Counted from the stretch's first letter, positions 9,061 to 19,400 are shown. The stretch is 64,000 nucleotides of DNA from an uncultured Lachnospiraceae bacterium (GCA_934438085.1 CAKSBC010000001.1:161997-225996); one strand, 5' to 3'. The notes: a model not told the origin generated them from the letters alone. A program made the numbers and translations.

Positions 9061-9726
9061 TTACGTCATTTTATAAAGATCCTCCGCCAGGCTTTCGTCG
9101 TAATAGAGGACGTCTTTCTGGCTTAAGTAGAGTTCGCCTTTTTCGTTTTTTTCTATTATTTCTGCTTCGCAGTTATAGAGTACTTTCGGTTTGTCGAAGT
9201 ATTTAGGATCGTATGAAAATCTTCTAAGCATGCATCTTATTGCGCAGCCATGGCTCATTACGAGGATGTTTTTGTCCTGATAATCCGGTCTGCTGCTGAT
9301 GTCATCAAGGAAGGATGATGTTCTTTTTATTACATCATCTATGGTTTCTGCACCCTCAGGTATGAACTCAGGTTTTCCTTCTCTGAAGAACTGATGGTAC
9401 TGTGTTCTGTCTATTTCTCCCAATGCAGGATTACTTAATTTCCCTTCCCATACTCCGAAGTTAAGCTCCATAAGTCGGTCATCAAGCTTTGTGATAGCAC
9501 CCTTTTCAATGTAATGCTTATTCCTTGAAAGTATGAGTCCGGCTGTTTCCTGGGCTCTTACAAGCGGACTTGTATAGCACAGATCGATCGGTATGTCTGC
9601 CATTCCGTCTCCTGCCAATGCCGCTATCTTCATTCCATTATAATTAAGATGTATATCGGTATGCCCCTGCACTCGGCCTGCTCTGTTCCAATCGGTCTCT
9701 GAGTGACGCATCAGATAAATTCTCAT
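9061..9726 (-). CDS. Histidine phosphatase family protein (phosphoglycerate-mutase-like)
   Basis: The N-terminal MRIYLMRHSETDWN carries the RHG-type motif, and there is a later SHG motif. Confidence 0.85.
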   Translation of the reverse strand: MRIYLMRHSETDWNRAGRVQGHTDIHLNYNGMKIAALAGDGMADIPIDLCYTSPLVRAQETAGLILSRNKHYIEKGAITKLDDRLMELNFGVWEGKLSNPALGEIDRTQYHQFFREGKPEFIPEGAETIDDVIKRTSSFLDDISSRPDYQDKNILVMSHGCAIRCMLRRFSYDPKYFDKPKVLYNCEAEIIEKNEKGELYLSQKDVLYYDESLAEDLYKMT

Positions 9727-10415
9727 ATATTTTCTCCTGCCAGCTTGCCGAGGAATGCCTTTGTCCTCTCATTGTCAGAATTCATGACTTTATCAGGTGT
9801 TCCCTCATCCACGATAACGCCTCCGGCCATGAAAATGATCCTGTCGGATACATCTCTTGCAAATGCCATTTCATGTGTAACTATAACCATGGCAATGTTA
9901 AGGTCCTTAAGTGACTTTATAACCTTGAGCACCTCCTGAGTAAGCTCAGGATCAAGCGCTGATGTAGGCTCATCGAAAAACAGTATCTTAGGATTCAGGC
10001 AAAGCGCTCTTGCGATAGCGACTCTCTGCTGCTGTCCGCCTGAAAGCTGATATTGGTAAGCATCAGCTCTGTCTGAAAGTCCCATTTTGTTGAGCAGCTC
10101 TCTCGCCTGCTTTTCAACCTCTTTGCTGTCACGCTTCTGCACGTGTATCGGCGCATCCATGATATTTTTAAGCACTGACCAATGCGGGAACAGATTGAAC
10201 TGCTGGAACACCATGCCGAATGTTCCGTCAAAATTGATTTCTCCGCTGTCAGGTGTCTCAAGTCCGCATGCACATCTTAACAGTGTAGTCTTTCCGCTTC
10301 CTGAAGGTCCGATAACAGAAATTATCTCTCCGTCTTCAACACTTAAAGAAATATCGTTAAGTACCTCCATGCCTTCAAAGGATTTAGCTAAATTTTTTAT
10401 TTCAAGTACCTTCAT
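9723..10415 (-). CDS. Polar amino-acid ABC transporter, ATP-binding protein
   Basis: Walker A GPSGSGKTT, signature LSGGQQQRVAIARAL and Walker B ILFFDEPTSALD; GlnQ/ArtP-like. Confidence 0.93.
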   Translation of the reverse strand: MKVLEIKNLAKSFEGMEVLNDISLSVEDGEIISVIGPSGSGKTTLLRCACGLETPDSGEINFDGTFGMVFQQFNLFPHWSVLKNIMDAPIHVQKRDSKEVEKQARELLNKMGLSDRADAYQYQLSGGQQQRVAIARALCLNPKILFFDEPTSALDPELTQEVLKVIKSLKDLNIAMVIVTHEMAFARDVSDRIIFMAGGVIVDEGTPDKVMNSDNERTKAFLGKLAGENI

Positions 10416-10430
10416 ATATCACCGCATCCG

Positions 10431-11084
10431 TCAGAATCTGTAGTAATTAAGTTTTGCTTCAAAAATATCGAATGCCTTTGCAACGATAAAGTTAAATATA
10501 TAGTAGAATACGCCTGCAACAAACAGCGGCATCATAGATGTCTGTGATGCTGCGAGTGCCTTCGCCATCGTAAACATTTCCATAACTGAAAGTGTAAATG
10601 CAAATGAAGTATCCTTTACGAGTGTGATGACCTCATTTGACACAGACGGAAGTATACGCTTAACCACCTGCGGGAGGATAATGCGCATAAATGTCTGTGA
10701 ACGGCTGTAGCCTAATATGTGAGCTGCCTCATACTGTCCCTTTGGCATCGACTGTATGCCGGATCTGAATATTTCTCCGAAATATGCCGCATAGTTGACT
10801 GCGAATGCAATATAGATTGCTAACATTCTGTAGCTCGTTCCGAGACTTACTCTGAACAGATAATATGGTCCGAAATAAACACATATCAGCTGAAGCATGA
10901 GCGGTGTACCTCGCATAATAGATATGTAAATGCTGACGATGCCGCTTAGTATGCGGTTCTTACTCATACGTCCGAGTGCCACCAGAAGTCCAAGCGGCAA
11001 TGAAAGCACTACAGTTATAAAGAAAATTTTAAGTGTTACGGTGAAGCCTGCAGCAAGCTGCATTAAAATGTCGCCGAAAGCCAT
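10431..11084 (-). CDS. Polar amino-acid ABC transporter permease
   Basis: His/Glu/Gln/Arg-type permease with a conserved EAA-like loop (EAAHILGYSRSQTFMRIILPQ). Confidence 0.9.
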   Translation of the reverse strand: MAFGDILMQLAAGFTVTLKIFFITVVLSLPLGLLVALGRMSKNRILSGIVSIYISIMRGTPLMLQLICVYFGPYYLFRVSLGTSYRMLAIYIAFAVNYAAYFGEIFRSGIQSMPKGQYEAAHILGYSRSQTFMRIILPQVVKRILPSVSNEVITLVKDTSFAFTLSVMEMFTMAKALAASQTSMMPLFVAGVFYYIFNFIVAKAFDIFEAKLNYYRF

Positions 11085-11100
11085 AGTATGATCCCTTTAC

Positions 11101-11130
11101 ATAATAAAGCCCGGTGTTTTTCAACCGGGC
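11101..11130 (-). terminator. Intra-operon terminator/attenuator between the binding-protein and permease genes
   Basis: Minus strand reads GCCCGGTTGAAAAACACCGGGC followed by TTTATTAT. Confidence 0.6.
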
Positions 11131-11328
11131 CGGATGATGCCAGTCTAAACCTGTAAATAGTATTTACAAATAAATGTTTCGCGAAAGCCTAAGTCTATTC
11201 TTGCATTTCGCTATATTGCGGTATACCACAATATTTAGAAGCATTTATTTTATTATAGTACAAAATGTACTATGTGTCCAAACTGCCGTGAATGTATTTT
11301 GTATTTCTTTATGAAACCTGATTTACTA

Positions 11329-12198
11329 TTATTTGATAGTAGTAACGTCTTTTGTGAACCACTTTTCTGAGATCTCAGCAAGTGTTCCGTCAGCTGCCAT
11401 CTCCTTAAGAGTATCATTTACCTTATCTCTAAGCTCAGTGTTGCCCTTCTTGAATCCGATGCCGTATGTCTCTGATGAAACAGGCTCATCAAGGATGATC
11501 ATATCAGCATTTCTCTGTGCGATCTGGTAACCGGCAACGATAACGTCCATGCAGATTGCATCTACTGAGCCCTGCTCAAGATCCATGAATGCTGTATTGT
11601 AATCAGGTGTTGTTACAAGCTGTGCAAATGTATCTGTAAGCTCAGGCTCTGCCTCAAGTGCCTTCTGGCCTGATGAATCGATCTGAACCTCGACAACCTT
11701 TCCGGCAAGGTCAGCTGCTGACTCAATTCCTGAACCGTTCTTAACTACGAATACCTGGCTGTTGTCCATGTAAGGATCTGACCATGTGTATGCATCCTCA
11801 CGTCCCTCGATAGTAAAGCCGTTCCAGATACAGTCAATGCTTCCGCTCTCAATCTCCATATCCTTTGCATCCCATGCGATAGGCTGTGGAACAAATTCAA
11901 GTCCGAGTCTGGAAGCAACCTCCTTAGCAAGATCAAGGTCGAAGCCTGTGTACTCGCCGTCATCTCCTAAGAATCCCATAGGTGGGAAATCCTGATCGAA
12001 GCCAACGATAAATGTTCCCTCAGTATTTGCCGCCTCTGCAGCCTCTGTTTCCTCTGATGAAGACTCCTCTGCTGCTTCTGTGCTTGCTGCCTCAGTCTCT
12101 GCAGCTGTTGTCTCCGTTGATGAAGATGATGAACAGCCTGTCATCATAGCTGCTGCAACAGTCATGCCCATTGCTATTGCAATAATTTTCTTTTTCAT
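11329..12198 (-). CDS. Amino-acid ABC transporter substrate-binding lipoprotein (family 3)
   Basis: Signal peptide with lipobox MMTGC, an S/E/T/A linker and an SBP_bac_3-like body. The start ATG at 12198 is preceded by GGGAGAG. Confidence 0.9.
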   Translation of the reverse strand: MKKKIIAIAMGMTVAAAMMTGCSSSSSTETTAAETEAASTEAAEESSSEETEAAEAANTEGTFIVGFDQDFPPMGFLGDDGEYTGFDLDLAKEVASRLGLEFVPQPIAWDAKDMEIESGSIDCIWNGFTIEGREDAYTWSDPYMDNSQVFVVKNGSGIESAADLAGKVVEVQIDSSGQKALEAEPELTDTFAQLVTTPDYNTAFMDLEQGSVDAICMDVIVAGYQIAQRNADMIILDEPVSSETYGIGFKKGNTELRDKVNDTLKEMAADGTLAEISEKWFTKDVTTIK

Positions 12199-12291
12199 AA
12201 CTCTCTCCCTTATTTTCAATTAATCCTAATGTCTGTAAATGCTTATATATTGAATGTTTACTGACATTTGATATTTGCTTGTTGTGATAGT

Positions 12292-12320
12292 ATGTTAGCA
12301 CGCTAAAGTATTTTTGTCAA
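12292..12320 (-). promoter_or_regulatory. Sigma-A-type promoter for the amino-acid ABC operon
   Basis: Minus strand reads TTGACA (12315-12320), 17 nt, then TAACAT (12292-12297). Confidence 0.45.
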
Positions 12321-12347
12321 CATGTATATTTTGTTATACTGTTCCAT

Positions 12348-12376
12348 TTGACTTATATTCTGGCTGAATGTATAAT
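12348..12376 (+). promoter_or_regulatory. Near-consensus sigma-A promoter driving an antisense RNA
   Basis: TTGACT (12348-12353), exactly 17 nt, then TATAAT (12371-12376). Confidence 0.6.
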
Positions 12377-12382
12377 TTTAAG

Positions 12383-12478
12383 TATAAAAATGCTACCGAT
12401 AGACGGTTAGTCAAATTAATTAGTAGCTAAAAGAGCACTAAATCACTTGACGGGGCGATTAGTGCTCTTTAGTTATAT
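12383..12478 (+). ncRNA. Putative antisense (antitoxin-type) RNA overlapping the 3' end of the 28-aa peptide gene
   Basis: It starts about 7 nt after the TATAAT box and would end at the shared hairpin 12431-12469 followed by TAGTTATAT. It is fully complementary to the last codons and 3' UTR of the minus-strand peptide mRNA. The ends are predicted only. Confidence 0.4.
12429..12470. terminator. Shared bidirectional stem-loop (11-bp perfect stem)
   Basis: AAGAGCACTAA-N17-TTAGTGCTCTT, followed on the minus strand by TTAGCTACTAATTAATTT. It overlaps the stop codon of the peptide ORF. Confidence 0.6.
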
Positions 12479-12545
12479 CATATACGATCTTTACGATCGT
12501 TGCGATCATCAGCGTAAAAGCTATCAAATCACTGAACGTAACCAT
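12459..12545 (-). CDS. 28-aa hydrophobic peptide, candidate type I toxin (holin-like toxin type)
   Basis: Not in the ORF track. ATG at 12545 with GGGGAG 9 nt upstream. It translates to MVTFSDLIAFTLMIATIVKIVYDITKEH, which is one TM helix plus a short polar tail. It has its own promoter and terminator. Confidence 0.55.
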   Translation of the reverse strand: MVTFSDLIAFTLMIATIVKIVYDITKEH

Positions 12546-12639
12546 AAAGCAACACTCCCCTTTCATCAAAAGTAACTGTGGAAGCTGCTTATGATTCATC
12601 AGGGACTAACCGCCTACCGTTATTGGTAGCATTATGTTC

Positions 12640-12668
12640 ATTATAATTGAACTTTTTCTTATAATCAA
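12640..12668 (-). promoter_or_regulatory. Promoter for the 28-aa peptide mRNA
   Basis: Minus strand reads TTGATT (12663-12668), 17 nt, then TATAAT (12640-12645). Confidence 0.45.
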
Positions 12669-12679
12669 GTCTTACTATC

Positions 12680-14572
12680 TTATTCTATCCATGCCCCTAC
12701 TGGGATTCCGTTCGACTCATATTCATTTAAATAATAATCTGTTCCGTTGATATTACGGTTTCCTGTAAGCATTGCTCCGTAGATTCCGGACGAAGTGCTT
12801 TCATTAAGATAATACCAATATCCGTTAAGCTGAACCCAGCCTGTACGCATCTTATGATCGTCACCGAAATAATACCATTCTGATTTTATCTTCTTCCAGC
12901 CTGGACCAGCAGCGACACCCTTCGACTCAAAGTAGTACCATGCACCGTCTATGTCCTGCCATCCGGTTATACCTGAGCCGTCCGTATCAAGATAAAGCAT
13001 CTCGCCCTTGTTATTGCTCGTGATAGAGCCGCTGTCTGTAGAGCTCGATACCATTCCCTGCTTTTCTGTAAATGTTACCGCCTCACTGCTGAGATAATAA
13101 GAGCTCTTATTTGATGAAGCAACAGCCGTTATTTCAAACCTGACATTAGAAATCTCATCAACCTCAACATAATCAGCAGCATCAAGCTGGTTCTGATCAA
13201 CATTAATACTTCTGCTCCTTGCTCTTGTGAGGTTTTCAGTCTCATCATCCTCTGTAAACAGAGTCAGATCACTGTTTTCTTCATATTCATACTCTTCGTC
13301 ATAATATATTTTGACATTATAACGTGAAGCATTGCTCACCTTGCTCCAGTGCAGCACATAGCCGTTGTCAAGATATACCTTCTGCGGCTTTGCAAGCTTT
13401 GTCTTTGCAACATATTCAAATTTAGCAGTTCTTGTAAATGCATCACCGGACTGTGATTTATAGCTTGCATTTGAACCTCTGATCCTGCATCCGCTTCCGA
13501 ACTGATAGCCGTTGATTGCTGCAAGAGTTATCGTGACATCAACCTTTGTACCCGGTGACCAGGTCTCCGGCTGCTTAGAATAATGTACGCTTTTAAGCTC
13601 CGTGTTTGACGGAACATTTATATCAATTGAACGAACTGTGCCCGGCGCAGCATTAGTATCTTCTTTAAATGTTACTGACACGCTTGTCAGCTGCTTTGTA
13701 GAAGATGAATACGTCACGCTGCCTACATCGGTTTTACTGAGCGCAGAGGTATTTGTATCTGAAATATTAGTATTTCCCTGCTTATCACCTGAAGCCTTGC
13801 TGTTGCCCGCTCCGCCCTGCCAAAGGTCACCGTCGGCATTAAAATAATAGTATTTTCCGTTTATCTGATGCCAGCCCGTAAGCATAATTCCGTCAGCTCC
13901 GAAATAATACCACTTCTTATTAATATTAAGCCACTGATTCCTTGCATATGAAGTTTTTGAAAGCTTATAGCGCCAGGTTCCGTTAGGATTGACTATCCAG
14001 CCAAGCTTTTCCTCAAGATTCATTGCTTTTCCCGGTGTTACTCCTGTAGAGCCTCCCGACGGCTTCTTATAATTAACCGACTTTCTGATAGCTGAAAGCA
14101 TATCGCTGTCGACCTCTAACGGCTCATCAGAGACTACCTTAAGCGAAGCTCCGCCCTTTTTCGGATAAACCGTGAAATAATAATTGCCTGTGCCGTTTTG
14201 AGCTATTATAAAGCTGAGATCTGTCTGAAATTTTGATGTTGTTATAGAATTCTTTTTAACCTTATTGCTCTCTTTTATCGAACTTTTGTACACGTCAATG
14301 ACAAAGGATGTCTTTTCTGCTGTCTCATCCCATACAGCAATAGCTCTGCCGGTGGAGTCATCATATTCCCAACCGCATGAGCCTATTCCGTAATCGACTG
14401 AGTTTACTGCATATGCAGGAATTGTGAATATCTCTGACGTAAAAGGTATTACTGCCATACTTAATGAAATCACAAAAAAGGCCATAAACGCCATGACCTT
14501 TTTACGTTTACTGCCATAATTTACAGTCACTCTATATAGTTTTCTGATTTTTCTTATATTCTTTTTATCCAT
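12680..14572 (-). CDS. Cell-wall-binding-repeat (CW_binding_1 / choline-binding type) surface protein
   Basis: N-terminal signal/anchor, then two blocks of GW-x-NG-x-WYYF-type repeats (GWHQINGKYYYFNADG, GWQDIDGAWYYFESKG, GWVQLNGYWYYL) flanking an Ig-like middle region. It starts 24 nt after the last pilin-like gene. Confidence 0.85.
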   Translation of the reverse strand: MDKKNIRKIRKLYRVTVNYGSKRKKVMAFMAFFVISLSMAVIPFTSEIFTIPAYAVNSVDYGIGSCGWEYDDSTGRAIAVWDETAEKTSFVIDVYKSSIKESNKVKKNSITTSKFQTDLSFIIAQNGTGNYYFTVYPKKGGASLKVVSDEPLEVDSDMLSAIRKSVNYKKPSGGSTGVTPGKAMNLEEKLGWIVNPNGTWRYKLSKTSYARNQWLNINKKWYYFGADGIMLTGWHQINGKYYYFNADGDLWQGGAGNSKASGDKQGNTNISDTNTSALSKTDVGSVTYSSSTKQLTSVSVTFKEDTNAAPGTVRSIDINVPSNTELKSVHYSKQPETWSPGTKVDVTITLAAINGYQFGSGCRIRGSNASYKSQSGDAFTRTAKFEYVAKTKLAKPQKVYLDNGYVLHWSKVSNASRYNVKIYYDEEYEYEENSDLTLFTEDDETENLTRARSRSINVDQNQLDAADYVEVDEISNVRFEITAVASSNKSSYYLSSEAVTFTEKQGMVSSSTDSGSITSNNKGEMLYLDTDGSGITGWQDIDGAWYYFESKGVAAGPGWKKIKSEWYYFGDDHKMRTGWVQLNGYWYYLNESTSSGIYGAMLTGNRNINGTDYYLNEYESNGIPVGAWIE

Positions 14573-14596
14573 ACCTTTTACCCGCTGACTCTATCA

Positions 14597-15163
14597 TCAA
14601 AAGGATTTTATATCAGAGTTCAATGCTTCCACAGCAAAGCTTTGGCTTGAAAGCTCATTTCCGGCGGCATCCATAACTTTAACCTTGCCCTTAAACACAG
14701 CATTCTTTGAAGGACCGCTTCCTGCAGTTCCTGCAGCTGAAAATGTCAACTCGGTAAGCTCTGCCTTTATCCCTTGAGTATAAGCTGAATCAGGTGCTAA
14801 AGCGATCATCTGCTCATCACTGCCGCTTCCAACGCTGATTACGATTTTGCCGTTTTTGTTTACAAACTTAGCCTTATTAAACCTCTCATCCTTATTTTTA
14901 TCATATGTAAATGTCAGGTTATCCAGATTGGTTCCATCAATATTGTAGGAATATCTGAGCTTATCCTGAATTGCTATAGTCAGTGTACTGCAAAGGATCT
15001 TGGACTCCGACACTGTAGTCTCACGCTTAAGCTCTCTTGAAGAAGCCTGCATGGCAGAGCAAACAAGAGCAAAGGTCATCAGACAAAAAATAAGTGTGAC
15101 CAGTAGCTCCGTAAGACTTATGCCCTTATTGCTTTTCAGTTTTTCAATTATTCTTTTTCTCAT
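14597..15163 (-). CDS. Pilin-like protein with a prepilin-type N-terminal cleavage/methylation signal
   Basis: Leader MRKRIIEKLKSNKG / ISLTELLVTLIF, with Gly at -1, Glu at +5 and a hydrophobic helix. Confidence 0.8.
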   Translation of the reverse strand: MRKRIIEKLKSNKGISLTELLVTLIFCLMTFALVCSAMQASSRELKRETTVSESKILCSTLTIAIQDKLRYSYNIDGTNLDNLTFTYDKNKDERFNKAKFVNKNGKIVISVGSGSDEQMIALAPDSAYTQGIKAELTELTFSAAGTAGSGPSKNAVFKGKVKVMDAAGNELSSQSFAVEALNSDIKSF

Positions 15164-15243
15164 CTTTTAGTTGAGTCCATCTGTGTTCAGTTTGTCCAAG
15201 TTCTATTTGCCTTAGTTCAGCTCGAATTACTACAATATCAAGC

Positions 15244-15663
15244 TTACTTTAATTCGTAATAGCAGAAATTATCCGTAACGTCAGAGGTTCCTCTTTTATG
15301 CTTTTCGATGCTTAAGCTTGCATCAGCACTGAACTTAGTCGCTGAGCTATCGACCTCATAAACACCGTCAGAATCGGAATCATTTTCAGCCCTTTGTATC
15401 GTAACTGAGGTATCTTTTTTTTGTGTGATACCTTCGTCCATATCTATCGCCGTCACCATGTCTTCTGCTTTTTTATTGATCTTTGCAGATGTAACGACAG
15501 AGCCTGAAAACACAACAAATACCAGTGACATTACAAGTACAGCTACCAATGTCTCTGTAATGGATTCACCGCATTTTGAACCAAGCTTCCTTCCTATAAA
15601 GCAAGCCTTATTTTTCCTGTTCATAATGATTATTCTTTTTTTCTCTCTGCTTAAATAATCCAT
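15244..15663 (-). CDS. Pilin-like protein with a prepilin-type signal; start possibly at 15624
   Basis: ...GSKCG / ESITETLVAVLVMSLVFVVF, with Gly at -1, Glu at +5 and a hydrophobic helix. Starting at the internal Met (15624) gives a 19-aa leader. Confidence 0.7.
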   Translation of the reverse strand: MDYLSREKKRIIIMNRKNKACFIGRKLGSKCGESITETLVAVLVMSLVFVVFSGSVVTSAKINKKAEDMVTAIDMDEGITQKKDTSVTIQRAENDSDSDGVYEVDSSATKFSADASLSIEKHKRGTSDVTDNFCYYELK

Positions 15664-15673
15664 TATCTGTCTG

Positions 15674-16456
15674 TTATGAAGCTCCTCTTAATATCTTTGC
15701 GTTTTTTCCGCTTATAAAGCTGCATTCTGTTGTAGTTATGGTTGCGGTATAGGTATCAGTACCCCCGTCAACCGCCTCCTTTGTTCTTTTTTCTGTCGTT
15801 TTTGTAACAGAACAATTACATGTAAAAGGAAGTGTGATGTTCATCTTATAGTTTTCACTTCCGGCACTTTTATTAAGTGACAGATCTACAGTCATATTTA
15901 TCTGAGTTGTTCCTATTTCGCCATCATTCTCACGAATACCCAAAAAGCCTGATCCGTTTGCATTTTCCACACCTGAAAGCCTTACTGTAACAAGGACGTC
16001 ATCAAGGACACCATCCGATGCAGCAGCATCTGCTTTAATAATGTAATTTATGCCCTTTGAGCCGCCGGTGCCGTTTGAGCCTCCGAGCGGAGCCGCTTTA
16101 TTCATATTGTCATGAAACCAGTCTATAAGCTCAGCCTTTAAAGGATTATCTCTGCCTGCTTTGGTATATTTATCCTTAAAATCTAAATTTATGGTTGAAT
16201 CTGACTTATCACTATCATCTATTTCCTTATAGTTAATGCTGATGCCAACCAGACATTCCTCCATTAGCTTTGCCGCTGAGCTCACAGTCAGATAATTCTG
16301 CTCTGCCTGCTGGTTACGCTTTACTCTTCCGATGTTTGACAATGCAGAATTTAGCATTATTACAGAAACTACGGTGACAACAATCAGTGCAAAGAGAGCC
16401 ATCGCAAGTGATGCCCCTCTTTGCTCCGATATTTTGTTTTTGATACATTTAATCAT
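15674..16456 (-). CDS. Pilin-like protein lacking Glu+5 (PilX/GspK-like minor pseudopilin)
   Basis: MIKCIKNKISEQRG / ASLAMALFALIVVTVVSV has a prepilin-like leader with Met instead of Glu at +5. It overlaps the end of the giant gene by 8 nt. Confidence 0.65.
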   Translation of the reverse strand: MIKCIKNKISEQRGASLAMALFALIVVTVVSVIMLNSALSNIGRVKRNQQAEQNYLTVSSAAKLMEECLVGISINYKEIDDSDKSDSTINLDFKDKYTKAGRDNPLKAELIDWFHDNMNKAAPLGGSNGTGGSKGINYIIKADAAASDGVLDDVLVTVRLSGVENANGSGFLGIRENDGEIGTTQINMTVDLSLNKSAGSENYKMNITLPFTCNCSVTKTTEKRTKEAVDGGTDTYTATITTTECSFISGKNAKILRGAS

Positions 16457-19400
16457 TCTCTGTACCGTATGTAATATCCTCGTCTGTAATCACTTCCGGA
16501 TCGATTATAGAACGCACTGAGTTACTGCCTTCATCAGACATTACTTCTATAGCTTCGTCTATAGTCTCTGACATAATGTCATTGTCAGCATTATCTATGC
16601 CTTCATTCATAGTATCAGCTGCATTGCTGTCTGCACCATTAAAGCTCTGTACAGATGGCCCTGAAGTACCGACATTATTATGGTAAATAACTCTTGCTTC
16701 GTTTGAAATGCTTCCGCCCGGGCCTGCCGGTCCTATACCTTCTCCATTCTCGGAGTTTGGCAAAGAACTCTCCGCTGAATTAGTATCTGCATCAATTGTA
16801 CTATCTTCGGCATTTTCTGCTGCAGCTAAGCTATCAGCATCAGCTGTATCTATTATGTCATTTGTCGCAATTGCGACAGCTTCTGCCCTTGCCATGCTGG
16901 CCGCAGACATTAATGCAAATATTTCATCCGCAGAAACATCGTATCTCGCATAAACCTTTGTCGGAACAGTATCACCGCTGTCCGTAATAAAGTGTCCTTC
17001 GGAATCGGTTATAGGCTCACCGCCGTCAGGCTCAGTCCAATATCCGCTGAATGTATCGATACCCACAGGTTCCTTGTGTGCCAGTGCATTTACTGCCGGA
17101 ACAGTTAATGTGTTATCTGTATAAAATGCTCCGTCAAGGTAACAAAGTGTACCTGCTTTTGCATAGCTTCCGTTAGCTCCGATTTTGTCATAAAACGTAA
17201 TTTCAGCACATTTCCATGCAGCAGAAGCCTTAACTGAAGATTTAAGCATTGCATCAGAAGTAAGTAACTCTCCGTTATCTAATACCCAGCCGGCAAAGCT
17301 TCTTCCTCTGTTTATCGAAGCATCATTTTTAACCATGCTTGTCCAATAATCAAGATTGGCCTTTGCTGTACTGTTATCATCTACTGCCTTAGCATAAGAA
17401 ACATTTACATTATGATTTCCTCCTGCATCAAGACGTTCATCATCAGCATAAAGCATTACACTTACGGACTGTGCTGCTCCTTCTGGACGTGTCATAACCT
17501 CAAGCTCAAGCATTTTGTATCGTGCATTGACCGGCTTGGTGTTCTTTAAGCTATCGCTATCCCAGCGAGGATATATATCCTTACTTGAAACAATCACTCT
17601 TGCCTCGCCTTCATTTCGTCCGGTAACCTTTAAAAAAATGCTAAGCTTCTTTCCGGTGCTGTCTGTTTCCTCTGAAAGCTCACATTGTACCTTATTCTTG
17701 GACTCAATATTCTGGTAACCAACAGTCCAGTTAGCTAATGTCGTTGGGATTTCATCACCGTTCTTATTTTTGGCTGTTATTACATATTCAACCGATTCTC
17801 CTCCATAAAGAGTGGCATTCTTAGGATCTCGCGCATTTATCTCCACAGACATTTCGGCTGTTACTGATATCTCAAGCTCTTTTGTATAATCGATTCCTTC
17901 TGAATTATAGCTTATGGTTAATGTCTCATAGCCTTCTGAAAGTCCCTGTACCTTAAGTGTATAATATCTCTTTCCCGGTTCCTTTACATCGGTCATTTGC
18001 ACAAAGCTGCATCTTACAGTATCAAAATTACCGCTTGAGGTTGATACACTTGGAGCAGCTGTCATATCAACAAGATTACCATCCTGATAATACTTAACAG
18101 CAATATCCTGCGTTCCGGTATCTGAAGTAAGCAAATCTATCTCCGCCGACTTGATATCAGTGAACAAGCCGCCGCTAAGTGGCCATGCACCGTAATGAAC
18201 ATAGACATTTTTCGCCTCGCCTGACATAGGGAAGTCTGCATCATAGAATGGATTTTCCTGAGTTACGATAGCCGGGAATGGGTAGTTCTCACCTTTAAGG
18301 AATTTATCAGCACCCGGGAAGCTGTACTTTCCGTCAATCCTTGCTCCGCCGTTTTCTGTAGTGGTTACATTCGCAAAGCCCGGTTCTCCGACCTTAAGGC
18401 TGTTTAACAGGTGACCGTTTTTCATATTATCATAGCTTAATGCCATCACATTCAGCAGATTTCCGTCAGGAATGGTAGTACCGTAGGCATTTAAGTATTG
18501 AATGTCATACTTTCCCTTATTTTCAAACTTAGTTGGTTTAATTACTATTGTTTCATCATTTGCATATTCACGATAATAATAGCAATTCTTAATTAATATC
18601 GTTTCTACATCAGCAGCACTGCTATCATTTAAATCTCCAACTGTAGCTATCGGTCTTACTACTTTGACATCGTCAGCAACCTTAGGCAGACTCATATATG
18701 TGTAGCTATTATATATTTCCGGCTGAGGTTTAATATATGATGAAAGATGTCCAATGCCATTCTCTAATGTTCCAAAATTTGTAAGCTTATCAAGTCCCTG
18801 TGCCTTGAACCATTCGCCTCCTACAATTCCGCCTATATATATATCTACATTTGAAGTTTCATCACTGCTGATACTTCCTCCACAGTAGCTTCCTGATATA
18901 TTTCCGGGGCATATACCAACCATGCCGCCAACGCATATAGCCTGATTCTCTTTTTTCTGATATATGCTTTTTATTACAATATCATTAACTGAGCTACAGT
19001 TAACTATATTCGTACCGCAGAAGCCTGCAAGTCCTCCTATATTGGCATTTCCTGGGCCTGCTTTGGTTCTATTGTTTTCTATAGTATAGCCTGCTGAAGC
19101 GCAGTTTTTCACAACACCCTGAGCTGCAAAGCCAACAAGACTGCCAAGACTGTACCAGTTAGTTCCGTCTGCATTGGCACTTATCTTATTATTAGAATCT
19201 GAATACAAGATAATATTCTGAAGATTTGCGCATACCGCAGTTCCAAAAAGTCCTGCAGTCTGGGACTTACTGTTAATACTTATATTCTGAATCTTATATG
19301 ATCTGCCGTCAAAATAACCGTTAAAATATGCTGTATATGGTTGTGAAAAGGTATCATATATCCAATCCTCAACTGTGTCTTTATTATCATAAAGACTTCC

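Noticed and set aside
15410-15425. A homopolymeric A8 (T8 on plus) tract inside the 139-aa pilin-like gene as a slipped-strand phase-variation switch.
   Set aside because: It encodes Lys-Lys in an AT-rich genome. Tracts of this length are common by chance, and there is no evidence of length variation from a single sequence.
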